Notes: a model not told the origin generated them from the sequence alone. Numbered from the whole stretch's first letter, positions 29,360 through 42,409 are shown. The stretch is 57,083 nt of DNA, filler included, from Platydemus manokwari (GCA_037951405.1; 5 parts of 5 records of this genome joined end to end with filler, not necessarily neighbours in it); one strand, 5' to 3'. Made by a program: numbers and translations.

Positions 29360-31543
29360 TCAGTTGGATATCGGTTTTACAAAATAATCATAATTAATCC
29401 AAACAATCGTCGATGTAATCATTTTTCTGGTAATGCGAAGACTGCTTCCTCGAAAATAACCAGCAATGCCTTCAATCTAAAGTGTTTTCATAAACGATGT
29501 CATCATCAATTACTGATACCAACTTTGTAAATTCTTTTAAGTATTTCTATTAATTTTTCATTCCTTTCCGTAAAAAGTTGTCGATGTGTTTTAATAACGT
29601 CAGCAGGTTGAGTGACAATTGATGCAAAAGAACTCGCAACCAAAGTACACATTGCTAAATTCAACAATCCAAATGTGTTTCCTTTATCTGGAATATTGAC
29701 AATAAAAAATACAGTGCGCTTTATTTTACCAGTAAGAAGTTTCTTGGACCTATTGTATGTCATGACGAAAATTCCTGAATATGGAGCATCTCTTAAAATC
29801 ATTGACAGAAGTCCACGATAAAATCCTGAACAAATTAAAAGAAAATAAGATGACAAAGATTTTGTTTTACAATTTAAGCATCTGATTTAAATATTTTACT
29901 TATCGTACATAAAGGACTTTGAGATTGACTATTAATTTTTTGTTTAAATTTAGAGTGAGATTTACTGCATTCTAAATCGCTTAATTATTTATCATTTCTA
30001 TAATTATTTATCTTTATATTACGTTACGAGGCGCTCTAATTGCCGCCTGTCGGAAGCTAATGTCAATATTGTTTCTATAATTAATCTTGGAAATTACTAC
30101 TTCATTGAAGACAATTATCCAATCCTCACTCACATTTAATAGATTAGTTTTAATTAACATGCATTTAGAACCATATGAAAAGCATGCATTAAAAACAAAA
30201 TTAAAGACAACATCAGGCTGGGTTATTATTTGTTAATATTTGAAAAATCTTCAAAAATACTATGGATTAATATTAAAAATATTATTAATAAAAATCATAA
30301 TGCGTGTTGAAAATTTTTTAAAAATTTTCTTTTAATTTTCAGTTTAGAGTGCTAATTGTATTTGGAAGAATTAATAAAATATGAAAATGAACGACCTTAG
30401 AAAGCAAAATAAAACATATAAATATTTAAGAAAAATATCAATAATGTACCTAAATAAATAAGTTTAAAAAATTAAAAATATTACAAAATATAAAAATTTG
30501 ACTTTTACTTCATTAAAACAAGAAATAATATGTGAAATATTAATATGTAAGAAAGTAGCAATGAGTCTTATCAAATCAATAGTTTTTCAAGAAATACCTT
30601 TAATAGTTACTTTCCCAAAGTCAAAATGTTTACCTGCATAACCAGAAACAGAAAATATTCTGTTTATCGATTGATATGTTGAAGATTTAGAATGGACATG
30701 ACTCTATTAAAAAGAATTAAAAACCGCTTCAGATTCCTTTTTCATTAACCTCAATTTGAGTTTTTAAAACTGAAAATGGCATCAATATAATTGTCGCTGA
30801 GCTTCGTGAAATAACTCCCAACAAAAATGATCCCGGTCCACTTTTATCCACATTGATACTAATGCAGTTAAATTTTTGTAATGAAAAAACTACTTATAAA
30901 TCAAAATAATTTTATGATGCAGTATAGCAATACATATTTATGAAGAAATAAATTACTAATAACAGTATTACAGTTTTTCAGCATATACCATAAAGCAAGT
31001 AGTTTATATCAAAAAGACTGGAATAACTTATTAAATTTATACGTTGATTCATTAAGTTTTCACTAATCACTATATTTACTGTTTGAAATTAACGAAATTA
31101 TACTCAAAATATTATTATTTGACATTAATTACTGCACTATAATCCAATAAAAATTTAAAACTTACAAATAATTCCTATAAAACGTTATAAAACCCATGTA
31201 AAGTGAAATACCAGGAACATTACGTATTAACGAAGTAGTTGTTCCTCGCCAAAATCCAAAAATGCCATATTTTTTATACAAATTGACAAAGTGTGATTTA
31301 ACGTTCATGGATGTTTCACTAAGTAAATAATCGTTATTTTATATTCATTCAGAAAGATATCACTAACAGACTCATGCTGGTTAGCTGCATGCGTGTTTTA
31401 ATAACATCTAATGGTTGTAACGCTACGGTAGATATACATCCACTGATAGCCCCATTTATGTGTGATTGCGACAACTGACGATTTAGAAAAAATAGAATAA
31501 TATTTTAAAAAAATAGTTTATTATAACTTACATAATTCTGCAT
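29360..31543 (-). CDS. SLC25A38: SLC25A38-like mitochondrial glycine carrier; complement(join(29360..29476,29524..29687,29730..29825,30634..30703,30750..30858,31166..31318,31368..31474,31532..31543)), 275 aa
   Basis: Manual splicing gives three carrier repeats (QPLDVIKTRMQ, MPFSVLKTQIE, QPADVIKTHRQ) plus SLC25A38/Hem25-type RNVPG, RDAPYSG and RITRK. All introns are GT-AG and phase-compatible; total 828 nt. Confidence 0.9.
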
Positions 31544-31746
31544 AAAAATTGAAATCCTGCAAAACTAACATAAATTTAAACAAATGTGCATATTAGAAAA
31601 CCAAACAAGTTTAACAAGATTTATTTAAAAATTTACAAAAGACACAAACCATTAAAAAGAATATTCATATAATTTAATAAATGCATAACAAATGTGCATA
31701 TTAAAAAGAATACAGAAAACTACTTTTATTTAACAAACTTAAAAGA

Positions 31747-34700
31747 CTAATTGGAATATTTTCTATTACTTGCTTGATTTCCTGAAATATTTTGAGTTTC
31801 AACTTCTCTTTCTATACCAACATATTTAAGTTGTTCAGTAGGCCCGTAACGATAATCGAAAAATAATTCATCACCAGCTTTTATGTTATGTTTAGCAAAG
31901 ATTCCTATTCGATGATCGCCATTAACTAAAAGAACCTAGAAAAAATGAAATCTGTCTAAATCGATACAAAGTAAACGGAAAACCTTGGCGCAACAATTCG
32001 GATTAACGGAATGATTAGCAAACCTAATTTTATTTCCTTTGCGAGTAGCATCGACTACAAAACTTTGATTTAAATTAAATAAAAAGCTGGACATGGTTTT
32101 GTCATATATTTTTCCTCGTCGATCGGCTTCATCCTGGCTAATTATTTCTCCACAATATTCATAAATAAATTCATTCTTAGCAATATCCTCCTTGGTATAG
32201 ATACCCCAGCTATTTATAGAAAATTTTCATTGTAAAGTTAATCATTCGAAAATAAATATTAATAAATCTCTACCCAGCAACGTCCGATACAGACATCAAT
32301 AAATGCTTTCGTTGACCACGTTGGATGGCCATATTTTTACATGTAATGCTTTGACTCGATGCTGAATCGGGACACTGATTGGATGAAATTGAAGCCTCTT
32401 TTTGAATGGATTCATTTGATAATTGGGATTTGTAATTGCCATTGACGTTATTATTGGAAAAAGGAAAAATAAAGGAATCGTGACTATTTTCCGCTCCACT
32501 GTTGGAGACCGATGTCGATTTGGTAGAAATACCATTCGAATCCATATTTGTCAATGATTTGAAACTGTATGATCGATTCATATGTTTAGGAGCACAGCAC
32601 TGACATAGATCTTGATCACATTCTCGATTGGCGAGAAAACACGGACACTGTTTGGTGTTGCATTGACCACGACATTTACAACCGATAAATCTATTTGAAC
32701 ACGACGGTGAACATTGACAAAATTTCTCACAAAAATTTCCGGCCTGTCGACAATTACACATTTCATCACATGGAGAACCGGGATGATCACAAGGGTGATA
32801 AAATTGATTATGATCAGTTTTATAACCAAAGGCACTATGATCGATAATTTCACCACAATCACTTAAATTATCATTTCCATTTTTCAGTTCATCGGTATCG
32901 CCTAAAAGATCAACAAGATCATTATTAATAAATAGTTATAATAATAATGATAACGCTTATAAAAATTGAGAAAAATGTCTATGTCAAATTCAAATTTTTT
33001 CATTACTTACTAAATGTTTCAGTAAAACTTTCTTAAACTGAAGTGCACACACAAACTTTAAGAAAAACTCATATTTGATTTATCGTTACAAATTATTTTT
33101 CAATCGAATATCACAATGTCACGTGATTGGATAAATAATCGATTAATGAAGAGCACAGAATTTACATTACAACATGAATAATATTTCAATAAAGTAGATG
33201 ATTTAATAATAATAATGTTCACTGACGATGAAATCATCGAAATTGAATCACACCCACCTAATCTAGATAATTTTGGCAACGGCCGTTTGCGTTGCTTCAT
33301 TTTCTTTCGTTTAACACCTCTGTTGTTAATTGAAGTGGCATGATTTTGATTTTCATTCGCAACGATTAAGCTATCCAAATGTTCCTGTTTAAATGTTTTA
33401 ATGTATAGAAAGACCTGGAAAATAAAACATTTGATTAATTCAATCTGAAATGGTGTTTTTCTACAATAAAAATTGATCTATTCCAATACCTGAGAGCATG
33501 TTTTTGATTTAACTAATTGTGATAAAGCACAATAATCAGTCCTAAAAATCGGTAATAATATATTGAGCATTGATCGGTCGGTTAGACTCCACTGACCAAA
33601 ATCATTGTCCTTGTTAATCCCATCTAAATCTAGCGCATTAAATCATCAATCAATTTAGTCCAAACATTTACTCGGCAAATCAGAACCGACACCATCCGGA
33701 TACATCAATTTGTGGCAATTCTTTTCACATGGTCCCTCAACATCTATAAATATAATCGATCAATCTTAATCTCACTGAACTCATTATAATCTGATTAAAA
33801 ATTTCTTGTACAAAAACAAAAGATTTTTTTAATAAGTTCTGAATTAGTACCAACCAATCGATCATAAACGGATGAATATCAACTAAAAATAGAAAATTAC
33901 AAATTGATTATTATCAACCATATATAAATCATTATTGATAATAAATTGATTATTATCAACATTCACAGCCACAAATGAGAAATTGATTTGAAAATTTTTA
34001 ACTAAAACCGCAGTGTTACCAGTAACCATCTATTAAATTAAAAACCGGGGGTTTAAATGACTGATTTGGTTAATTAAAAATTCCTTTTCATTTTCTCATA
34101 AATATATAATTCAGTCACAAATAATCCACAATGTTTACGTCATATGTGCATAAAGAATGTACATATATCATCGTTTCAGGTTGGTACAAATACATCATAT
34201 ATAGTTAATAATAATGATTAATGTCTGGTCACAATATACAAAATGGTAAATTAATAATTATGGACTAAAAACATTATTATCAACTATAAACTGATTATTA
34301 ATATTAGTTTATTAGCACCAATTTCAAGTTGCTATGTTATATTGATCCAATCACAACTTATTATAATTAGAATGAGATCGTCTCATATATTTCGAAAACC
34401 GCGTTCGTAATTTTATTAATTACGTTTTAAATATATTGAGATTTATATCGACGGCCATTAAGGGCACATATTTTCTTTCAGTACTATCAAAAATCCTTAT
34501 TTTTCTTCACATTTTACTGTAATATCGACATTATCGATAATCAATAATATACTGAGCACATTCATCACCAATGATTATTGCGGAATTAAAATAAACATTA
34601 CCAAAAAAATCAAGTTCTAATTAACAATTTAATAAAGATGTGTCTAAATTTAATGATAATTGATAACTTTGAGGTTCTAATTAATAAAGAAATATTTACG

Positions 34701-35784
34701 CAACAATTACTCAACTAGGAATCAAGAATAATACGTTTTATCATCTCACATTCATTCATAACGACATGAATTGTTGTAAAAATTTTCCAAATATTAAAGA
34801 TAATAGGTCCAAAAATAATAATAGATTCTCAAGCTATATAAAGATTAACTAAAATAGTTTCCGATTATAATAAGCGTTGCCAATGATTACCAATTAAATA
34901 CCAATGCCACTGATGTCGATTTAATCGCTATAATTATCTTTGATTTACAATTATCAAAATAAACATCTAATAACGAATTATAAATTTAAACATGATCTCT
35001 ACTGAACAAACAATTACTATCAAAATTGCGCCATTGATTATGAAAGTGGTATAAGTCATATATTTCTTGTTTGGAGATATTAAGGCATTTGCATGTTAAA
35101 GAATTAAAAAATATTTGTGTATTATGGAATGAAATATTTTGACAATTAATTAGCGCCGGTAAATCAGCATTTAATATGATTGTGAAATTTATTGCCATTT
35201 TTAAATGAAAATTTAGTTTTGAAAGGTTGAAATGACTTATACCACTTTCATAATCATGGGCTCAATTAACCCAAATAATAATGCTTCAAAACAATTACCC
35301 GAACAATAGACGAGTGCATTATTCCACATTGATTTCGATGATCTATATGGATGCATAGCACAATCGTATTTGAAGCATCGGCGACAAATTAATGATCGAA
35401 ATGTGTGAGTGGCATCTTCACGTTTGTGTTCGATTAAAACGGCATCGGGTTGAGATATCTGTAATAGTTTTTCCATTTCCAACATTTCCTCTTCATTATC
35501 GAGATTCGGTGTGACGGTGTTGTCAATATCGGTAGCGTTTTTTTCCGCCATTGATTTCATTTCCAAATATCTCGTTATTAATTTCCCATAATCTTCAACA
35601 TCACCAAATGCTTCAGCAATTGCCTATTATTTTTATTGATTAATGTCAAATTGTTACTTAATATATTATCCTTTGATATTTATATATTGATATTTAAAAA
35701 AAATAATAATACCTTGAATAGAATTTCCGGATAATCGAAATTTTCAATGGTACCTAGAGGTTTTTTATTTTTGTTTCCTGAAAT
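31747..35784 (-). CDS. EZH2: Enhancer of zeste homolog (PRC2 H3K27 methyltransferase), 5'-partial; complement(join(31747..31935,31984..32209,32274..32901,33258..33414,33490..33629,33672..33743,35299..35623,35713..>35784)), 602 aa visible
   Basis: MCSS ([31 protein letters not shown]), SANT2 (WSLTDRSM...KSKTCSQV), CXC, and SET ([47 protein letters not shown]); phase-compatible GT-AG introns. Confidence 0.96.
35024..35267. mobile_element. MITE (about 244 bp) in an EZH intron
   Basis: Perfect 25-bp inverted repeat TGATTATGAAAGTGGTATAAGTCAT (35035-35059 / 35232-35256), extendable imperfectly to about 36 bp; second copy at 1-132. Confidence 0.85.
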
Positions 35785-36149
35785 CTAAAGAAAGAAAATC
35801 ATGGTTAAACAATCTGTAGCAGCTAACTGAGTTTACAAATTATGAGAAAATATAAAATAAAAATGAAATACCGAAATCAAACATATTTATATTTGAATAT
35901 GAAGTGAAGATTGTATAATTCATGTCCACAATTAAATAAACCTCCCTAATATCTGTAGCAGAAATAAATGAAAGACAATTACTGACATAACATGGAGTCA
36001 AATAATAGGAAATTAAGTATCAGACTACTTATGTCTGTCACTTATGAAAGGGTCGCAGGATTTTTAAAGAATATTTGTTCCGGATCATTTAATAATTAAT
36101 GAAATAAATTATTAAACACTTATTATTATTATTGTGAGATTTATGCTTA

Positions 36150-38085
36150 TATCATATCAAACTCCAACCAAACAGTAATCGATAGTGAATGTAGACGAAA
36201 TGGATATGGATTCGAACATAACAATAAGCCCGTTTATTAAATGATCGACATGAGTTCTTATGCAATACTAATTAATATAAAGCTATGAAAACTTTCATAA
36301 CTTTTACAATTAAAACTAATATTATTTTTTTATTATATAAGGGCAGATTGTTATTTATTGCTGCATAAATCCACAAATAAAAATTAAGCGGTTACGCCAA
36401 TGGTTTAGAATTATTATCCCGCACCATTAGCTATGATATTAAAAACCAGTCATTAAAATCTCAGAGAATTTTATTATTTAAAAATGTATTCATATTTATT
36501 ATAATTATTAATATTATTAATGGTTCAGTTATTTATTATTATCATCATTATTATTAATATAATTTCAATAATTAAAGGGATTATTGATTGAACAATCCCC
36601 TTTAACGAGTATATCATAGTAGTATTTTCACGTCGATAATCATCAGTATTTAATGATATTAAATTCATCATTTAGTAATTCGCTCACTAGTGGAACCGGA
36701 CTGACACCCATATCGATCATATTTACGTTTGTATCAAATCAAAATCCAACCCAATAGTAATATATTGTGAATGTAAATGAAATATATATGGATTCAAATG
36801 CACCCAAAAGCCTGTAATTAAATGATCGATCCGAGTTCACATACCACACTGTAAACTTCCATAACCTTTACAACTAAAATTAATCTTATTCTGTATTATA
36901 CAAGTACAGATTGTTAATTATTATTATAAAAATCTATAAATCAAAGTCAAACGTTTACGTCAATTGTTTAGAAAAATTATCCCGCTCCATTAACTATGGT
37001 ATTAAAATCAGCCATTAAAATCCCAATGAATTTTATTACCTCCATAAATAATATCAGATTCTTTTAATAACTGCCCTGATAAGAAATACTTTCATAAAAC
37101 AACTGAATATTTTATTCTCCTTAATATTAAATAATATTCCGACTAAGGTCTTTCAAAAATATTGCCAACGATTTATTTATTTTATTCTCAACACATCACA
37201 CATTGTATCAGAATTAATAATCATTACTAGCACTATAAGAAATAATCAAATGTATAGAATCGATTATTACCAGCCAACCAATGACATAACACGGTTTCAA
37301 CCAATGCGTGATTCATTGTCTTATAATTTATCAATTCGATATTCAATAAATAACAAATTATTTGAAAAGATATTCATTCTTAAAGGCTTATTTATAAATA
37401 AGACCATTTAATATCATTATTAATATTATTTTTATTGCCCTAATTTTGCTTCTATACATCGTAGGTTATATATAAAGCAAAGGGTATTGAAAAATTAAAA
37501 GACGCGACTAACATATTGAGTGATGTCCATATATTATTGAAATAAATTAATATCATAAACAAAAAGCAATTAAAACCCTAATTGATATTGTTATAAAAAT
37601 ATCGGTTTGGAATTACCCGGATTATAGTAGCTTAATTAAAAAGAACCCATTGTAAGCCTTAGCGTCGCGGAACACTCTTAGTTTATTATTAGAAATATAA
37701 TAAATATGAATACTACAAAGATTTATTAATTTTTACTATAATTATTAATATTATTATTATTAATATAATTGTAATAATTAAAGGGATTATTGATTGAACA
37801 ATCCCCTTTGACGAGTATATCATCGTGGTATTTTCACGTCGATAAAATCAGCATCGAGTATGATATCAAATTCACCATTTAATAATTCGCTCACTAGTGG
37901 AACCGGACAGACACCCCATATCAATCATATTTACGTTTATATCAAATCAAAATCAAACCCAATAGTAATACATAGTGAATGTAAATGAAATGAATATGGA
38001 TTCGAATGCACCCAAAAGCCTGTTATTAAATGGTCGATTTGAGTTCTTATGACATCAAATTCACCATTTAATAATTCGCTCACCA
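36150..38085. repeat. Three diverged local copies of a 300-500 bp sequence
   Basis: Core ATCAAATCAAAATC.AACCCAATAGTAAT...GTGAATGTA...ATATGGATTC starts at about 36151, 36733 and 37941; 36570-36840 matches about 37777-38050. Confidence 0.9.
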
Positions 38086-38091
38086 ATATAT

Positions 38092-38191
38092 NNNNNNNNN
38101 NNNNNNNNNNNNNNNNNNNNNNNNNNNNNNNNNNNTTAATTAATTAANNNNNNNNNNNNNNNNNNNNNNNNNNNNNNNNNNNNNNNNNNNN
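38092..38191. other. Assembly gap with TTAATTAATTAA linker
   Basis: 44 N + linker + 44 N. Confidence 0.98.
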
Positions 38192-40011
38192 AATCGATTG
38201 GTGGGTAAATTATTTAAGGATAATAGCATTGATTTAAAATAACTAAAATATTCTTCAATCGGGCTCAAAGTAATAAAGTAAATTGAATAATCGATATATT
38301 AATTCGATAAATCAAGATTAAATTAAATTAACGGGAAAATTGGAATTCTTTTAGTAGAAATTAAATCTTTTAAAAGAAATCTAACACAAAATTTCCTGTA
38401 TTTCTAAAATAAAATATAAAAGAAATTTGAAGAAACTTAAGTAAAAATAATATGAAATGAAAATACAAGAGGTAATTAAACAGTTACTCAACGATATTCA
38501 CATTATCTTGACAATACTAGATCTTTCGCCCAGGAAATAGAGCTCAATTGTTAATAGCAAGATATTATCATAAGATGACGTAGTTTTTTGTTCTCTTGTA
38601 TCACTTTGGTAAGATTTGTAATGATTTTCAGGAACAGTCTATTTGTTATAACATTTCGCGTAGCTTAATAAGAAGTATCTTTTACCTTGTGTTACGAAGA
38701 CCTTATTTAAGCAAAAAAAAGTTATAATTTATTGTGTTGAATCGAGTAATTCAAGAAGGAAATTGTTTCGAATGATGTGCATCATGAATATGTTCATTAC
38801 TCATTTTATATTCTATGGAATATAAAATTGAAAGTTCTGTTAAAAAGTAAATGCAAAGAAATACAAATAGCAAGACGAATATTGAGAAATGTCTGCAGAT
38901 ATAGATGTTTTCTAAATTAAAATTAATGAATATAAATATTCTAAAAATGTGATAAATGAGAAAAGTGTCTGAACTCAAAATTCATTATCAAAACATTTCA
39001 GAAACAAAAGAAACTGACAAAACGCTTAATGACTAAATTAAAAAGATCTAAATTAATTAATATTCTTGGTGTAATTTTTTAAAACAGTTTTTGCATATTT
39101 TACGGACATTCATTATAAAATAATATTTATGAAAGAATCGTATTATTTTATTATTTATTGGATATTGATGAATAAAAGTTTATTTATGTTTACAAAAATC
39201 ATATTTTTATCTATTATAAACATTGTATAATATCGTGAGATGGCCTACTTCAAAGACATTCAAAACAAACTATTAATATCTTTAGAACAACAAATAAAAT
39301 TAAGTTTGAAAAACTTTGGCGGTTTAACTATTTGATGTTTACAAAGTATGATTTGATTTCGGAAGCATTTCTACTTTTTAATTTTCTGTTGTTCATTTAT
39401 TAAACCTTTTTTTATAATTTTTAAACTTCCTGATGAGGAAATTCTTTTAAAATTATTATTAACATATTTTTGAAAAATATTATTAAAATGTAATTTAATA
39501 AGTACTTAACAGTTTACTACTTGTTTTCGATTTAAATATAATTCTTCTCTTTGAACTTAAGATCTGAGTAATCCCTAAGTTCTTAAAAGTTTTTACCAGT
39601 ACTTATGTGATAATGCATAATTATTATTCTATTATAAGCACAGTAAATCGACAATTCTCGAATATCCAAGTGGTCAATAACGAACTATACTTAAATCCCA
39701 ATTGCAAATAAAGACAATGCAGATATTCTAAAACTGTTCGACTTATGCTTATCTTAAATGTATAACATTTCCAAACGTATTTAAAAGGATACCTGTTAAT
39801 ATTATTGGGTAAGGATCAAGAGGCTTATAGATACATTACAGCTTATCCATGGGATTTTTTAAAATAAGTATAAACTTGTGACTATCGGACTTATGATCTC
39901 AAAAACAATGTATTACTTGAGTTTTCTTATCTATGCCCTTCAGGAGAAATGTGATGTTGGTTTGTTTATTAACAATTATTTTTTAAAATTAAATTGCTAA
40001 AGTATTACAAG

Positions 40012-40612
40012 CAATGTTCCTTGTAAGCTGTGCGCGTGTGCGCTAGCACAGAAGGAAAACAGGTGCTCAAAAAAGTTTCTTACTGAGAACAAAGTACTTG
40101 CTTAATGTCAAAAACTTTGTTTAAATATCGGTTTTGAGAATGGGATTTTTATTTCATTAGTAACGAAAAAAATTATTTAAGTATGATTTTATGATTTTTA
40201 AAAACAAGGGCTACTTAAATTAGTGGTAATCTGAATTACTTTGTAACAAAAACTGAAGCATATGGGCCTAACAAAAGAAGATTTAGAATTAAACTGTGTT
40301 GAAAGCTCAAGAACAAAATAAAGACATAAATGAATACAGTCTTTTTGTCCTGTGCGCACAAGAATTAACATAAGACAATATATCTATTTATTCTTTTCAT
40401 AAACTATATTTCTTTACAAGACCAACAGTTTATTGTATCCCTACTATTAGTCTTGTAAAGAAATAAAGAGTCTATAAAATGAATAAATTTTTTTCTTGTC
40501 TTATATTCATTCTAGTGCGCACATTTCACACAATTAATTTCAGTTTGTCATATTTTGCACAGCACCAAATATGTTTGCTCATAGGGACTTGCAAAAATCA
40601 GAGGGAACATTG
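40012..40612. mobile_element. Non-autonomous hAT DNA transposon (601 bp)
   Basis: TIR CAATGTTCC...GGAACATTG with perfect 8-bp TSD ATTACAAG (40004-40011, 40613-40620). Confidence 0.9.
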
Positions 40613-42409
40613 ATTACAAGAGACGAAATTTATAATTTTCGGTTATGACTTTTTGGTGGAGATATTTAGAGGAAGTTATCTACCAAATATTCACTATTAT
40701 GTTATACACAAATTATCATTAACTATAAACTATTGTTGATTACTATTCTACCAAATATACATTAGTACACCGCATATAGCCTAACTAATACCACATAAAT
40801 CCATCCAATACAAATATACCATATCACATACCCATTATAAATTCATAACTATTATCAATTCCCCAATTTTAAAACATCTTAACTCAAATGTCCAGCTCAA
40901 TTCAATTAACTTTCCAACCTATTATTAAAGGAAACTGAAAACTCTTAGAACATTATTCATGAATATTATTATTAAAATATTATTCAAAACACATTTTCAT
41001 ACTCATATTAGAAATTTTCTAAAATATTTCACTTTAATTCTCAACTCAAACACTAAAATCCTTGGTGATTCTTATCAATCAAAGATTAAGTATCGATTAT
41101 GAGTATTCACATTTTAACGGTAGAGATTATTTATATTTTAGTTCAATTTTTCATAATGATAATTTAGTGTTGATTTATTTCTATTATAAAAAACCAGTAA
41201 CCGAAACAATCATCACCAAAGCAAAAGGACCAAAAATCCCTCAACCACTATACTTTATTATATAAAATTTATCCGAAATTTATTAATTGGAAAGATTTTT
41301 ATGGTAATTTTTAAATTAATTTTCTCGGAATTCATAAGAATTCGTAAGAATCGATACATTATTTTGGTATGATTTCGTTATGTTTGTATGCTTATAAAAA
41401 ATATTTTCACGAGTTATTTTTGTAACAATCTTGTTCATATCAATGTGATATTTGCACGAATTATAATATTCTAATAGATATCATAATTCTTAATTGAAAT
41501 ATATAAACAATGATTTCTCCAATAAAATATTCATATTAAAAATGTTTTTGTTTAGCATCGTTTCTATCAGTTCTTTAGTACCAGTCGTAGTTTAATATGA
41601 TTTGTATAAAATAAAAATTGTATTAGAAATATTTCCAACATATTAATTTCATTAAAAATTTCCTGTCAAAAACAAACGTAATCTTTCAATATCATATTTT
41701 TCAAATTTTATAAAAAAATATAAAATTTGATAATTTTACAAAGTTTATGAAGTAGCTACTTATGGTGAATCTCTACAAATGGTATCACTTAAAATTGTTA
41801 AGTTGAAAAGTAATCAAGGACTTATTAAAAAATTATTTATCTTATTCTCAATAAATCTCGTATTTTGAACTTTGATTATGATTAATAATGACAAATAAAT
41901 AGAAATACTGTTTGAAATTTCAGTTTTCCCCTGCATAACTCATCAAACTAGCTCAGAAATTGGGATTAATTAGATATTTAAAAATATCCAATGTGTGATG
42001 AGATAATAAATACTTAAATTAAACAAGCTCATATTCTTGAATTACACACAATTTTGCAATGCATGGTTTAATATTATCAATATATTGAAAAAGATAATTC
42101 AGATCTAAAGATTATAAAAAACGTCTTTCAACTACCTCTGCTTTTTACGAAAGTTCATTCTAAATAAAACTTCAGAGGTTATACTTATTTGCAAATAAAC
42201 CTGTCAATCATTTAACAAACTTGGTCCGAATTATTTGTATAAAATTCCATTACAAATATTTATATCGGACAAATATAAATGCTTCATAAAAATATAATTA
42301 CATTTACAAAATCGAGACATACGCACGAAGCCTTTATTTTCGAAAAAAATTACGAATCACATAAACTTAATCATTATAAAGAGCATTTATATAGACTGCT
42401 CAAACATAA

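Noticed and set aside
34986-35198. 70-aa ORF as a possible EZH exon
   Set aside because: Lies within the intronic MITE; EZH splices 35299 to 33743 in frame without it
37430-37560. YKAKGIEK resembling a protein-primed DNA polymerase B motif
   Set aside because: Single short motif in AT-rich sequence, with no other polymerase motifs
38490-38978. Short minus-strand exon-like segments as candidate EZH 5' exons
   Set aside because: Frames end in stops and show no EZH-like motifs
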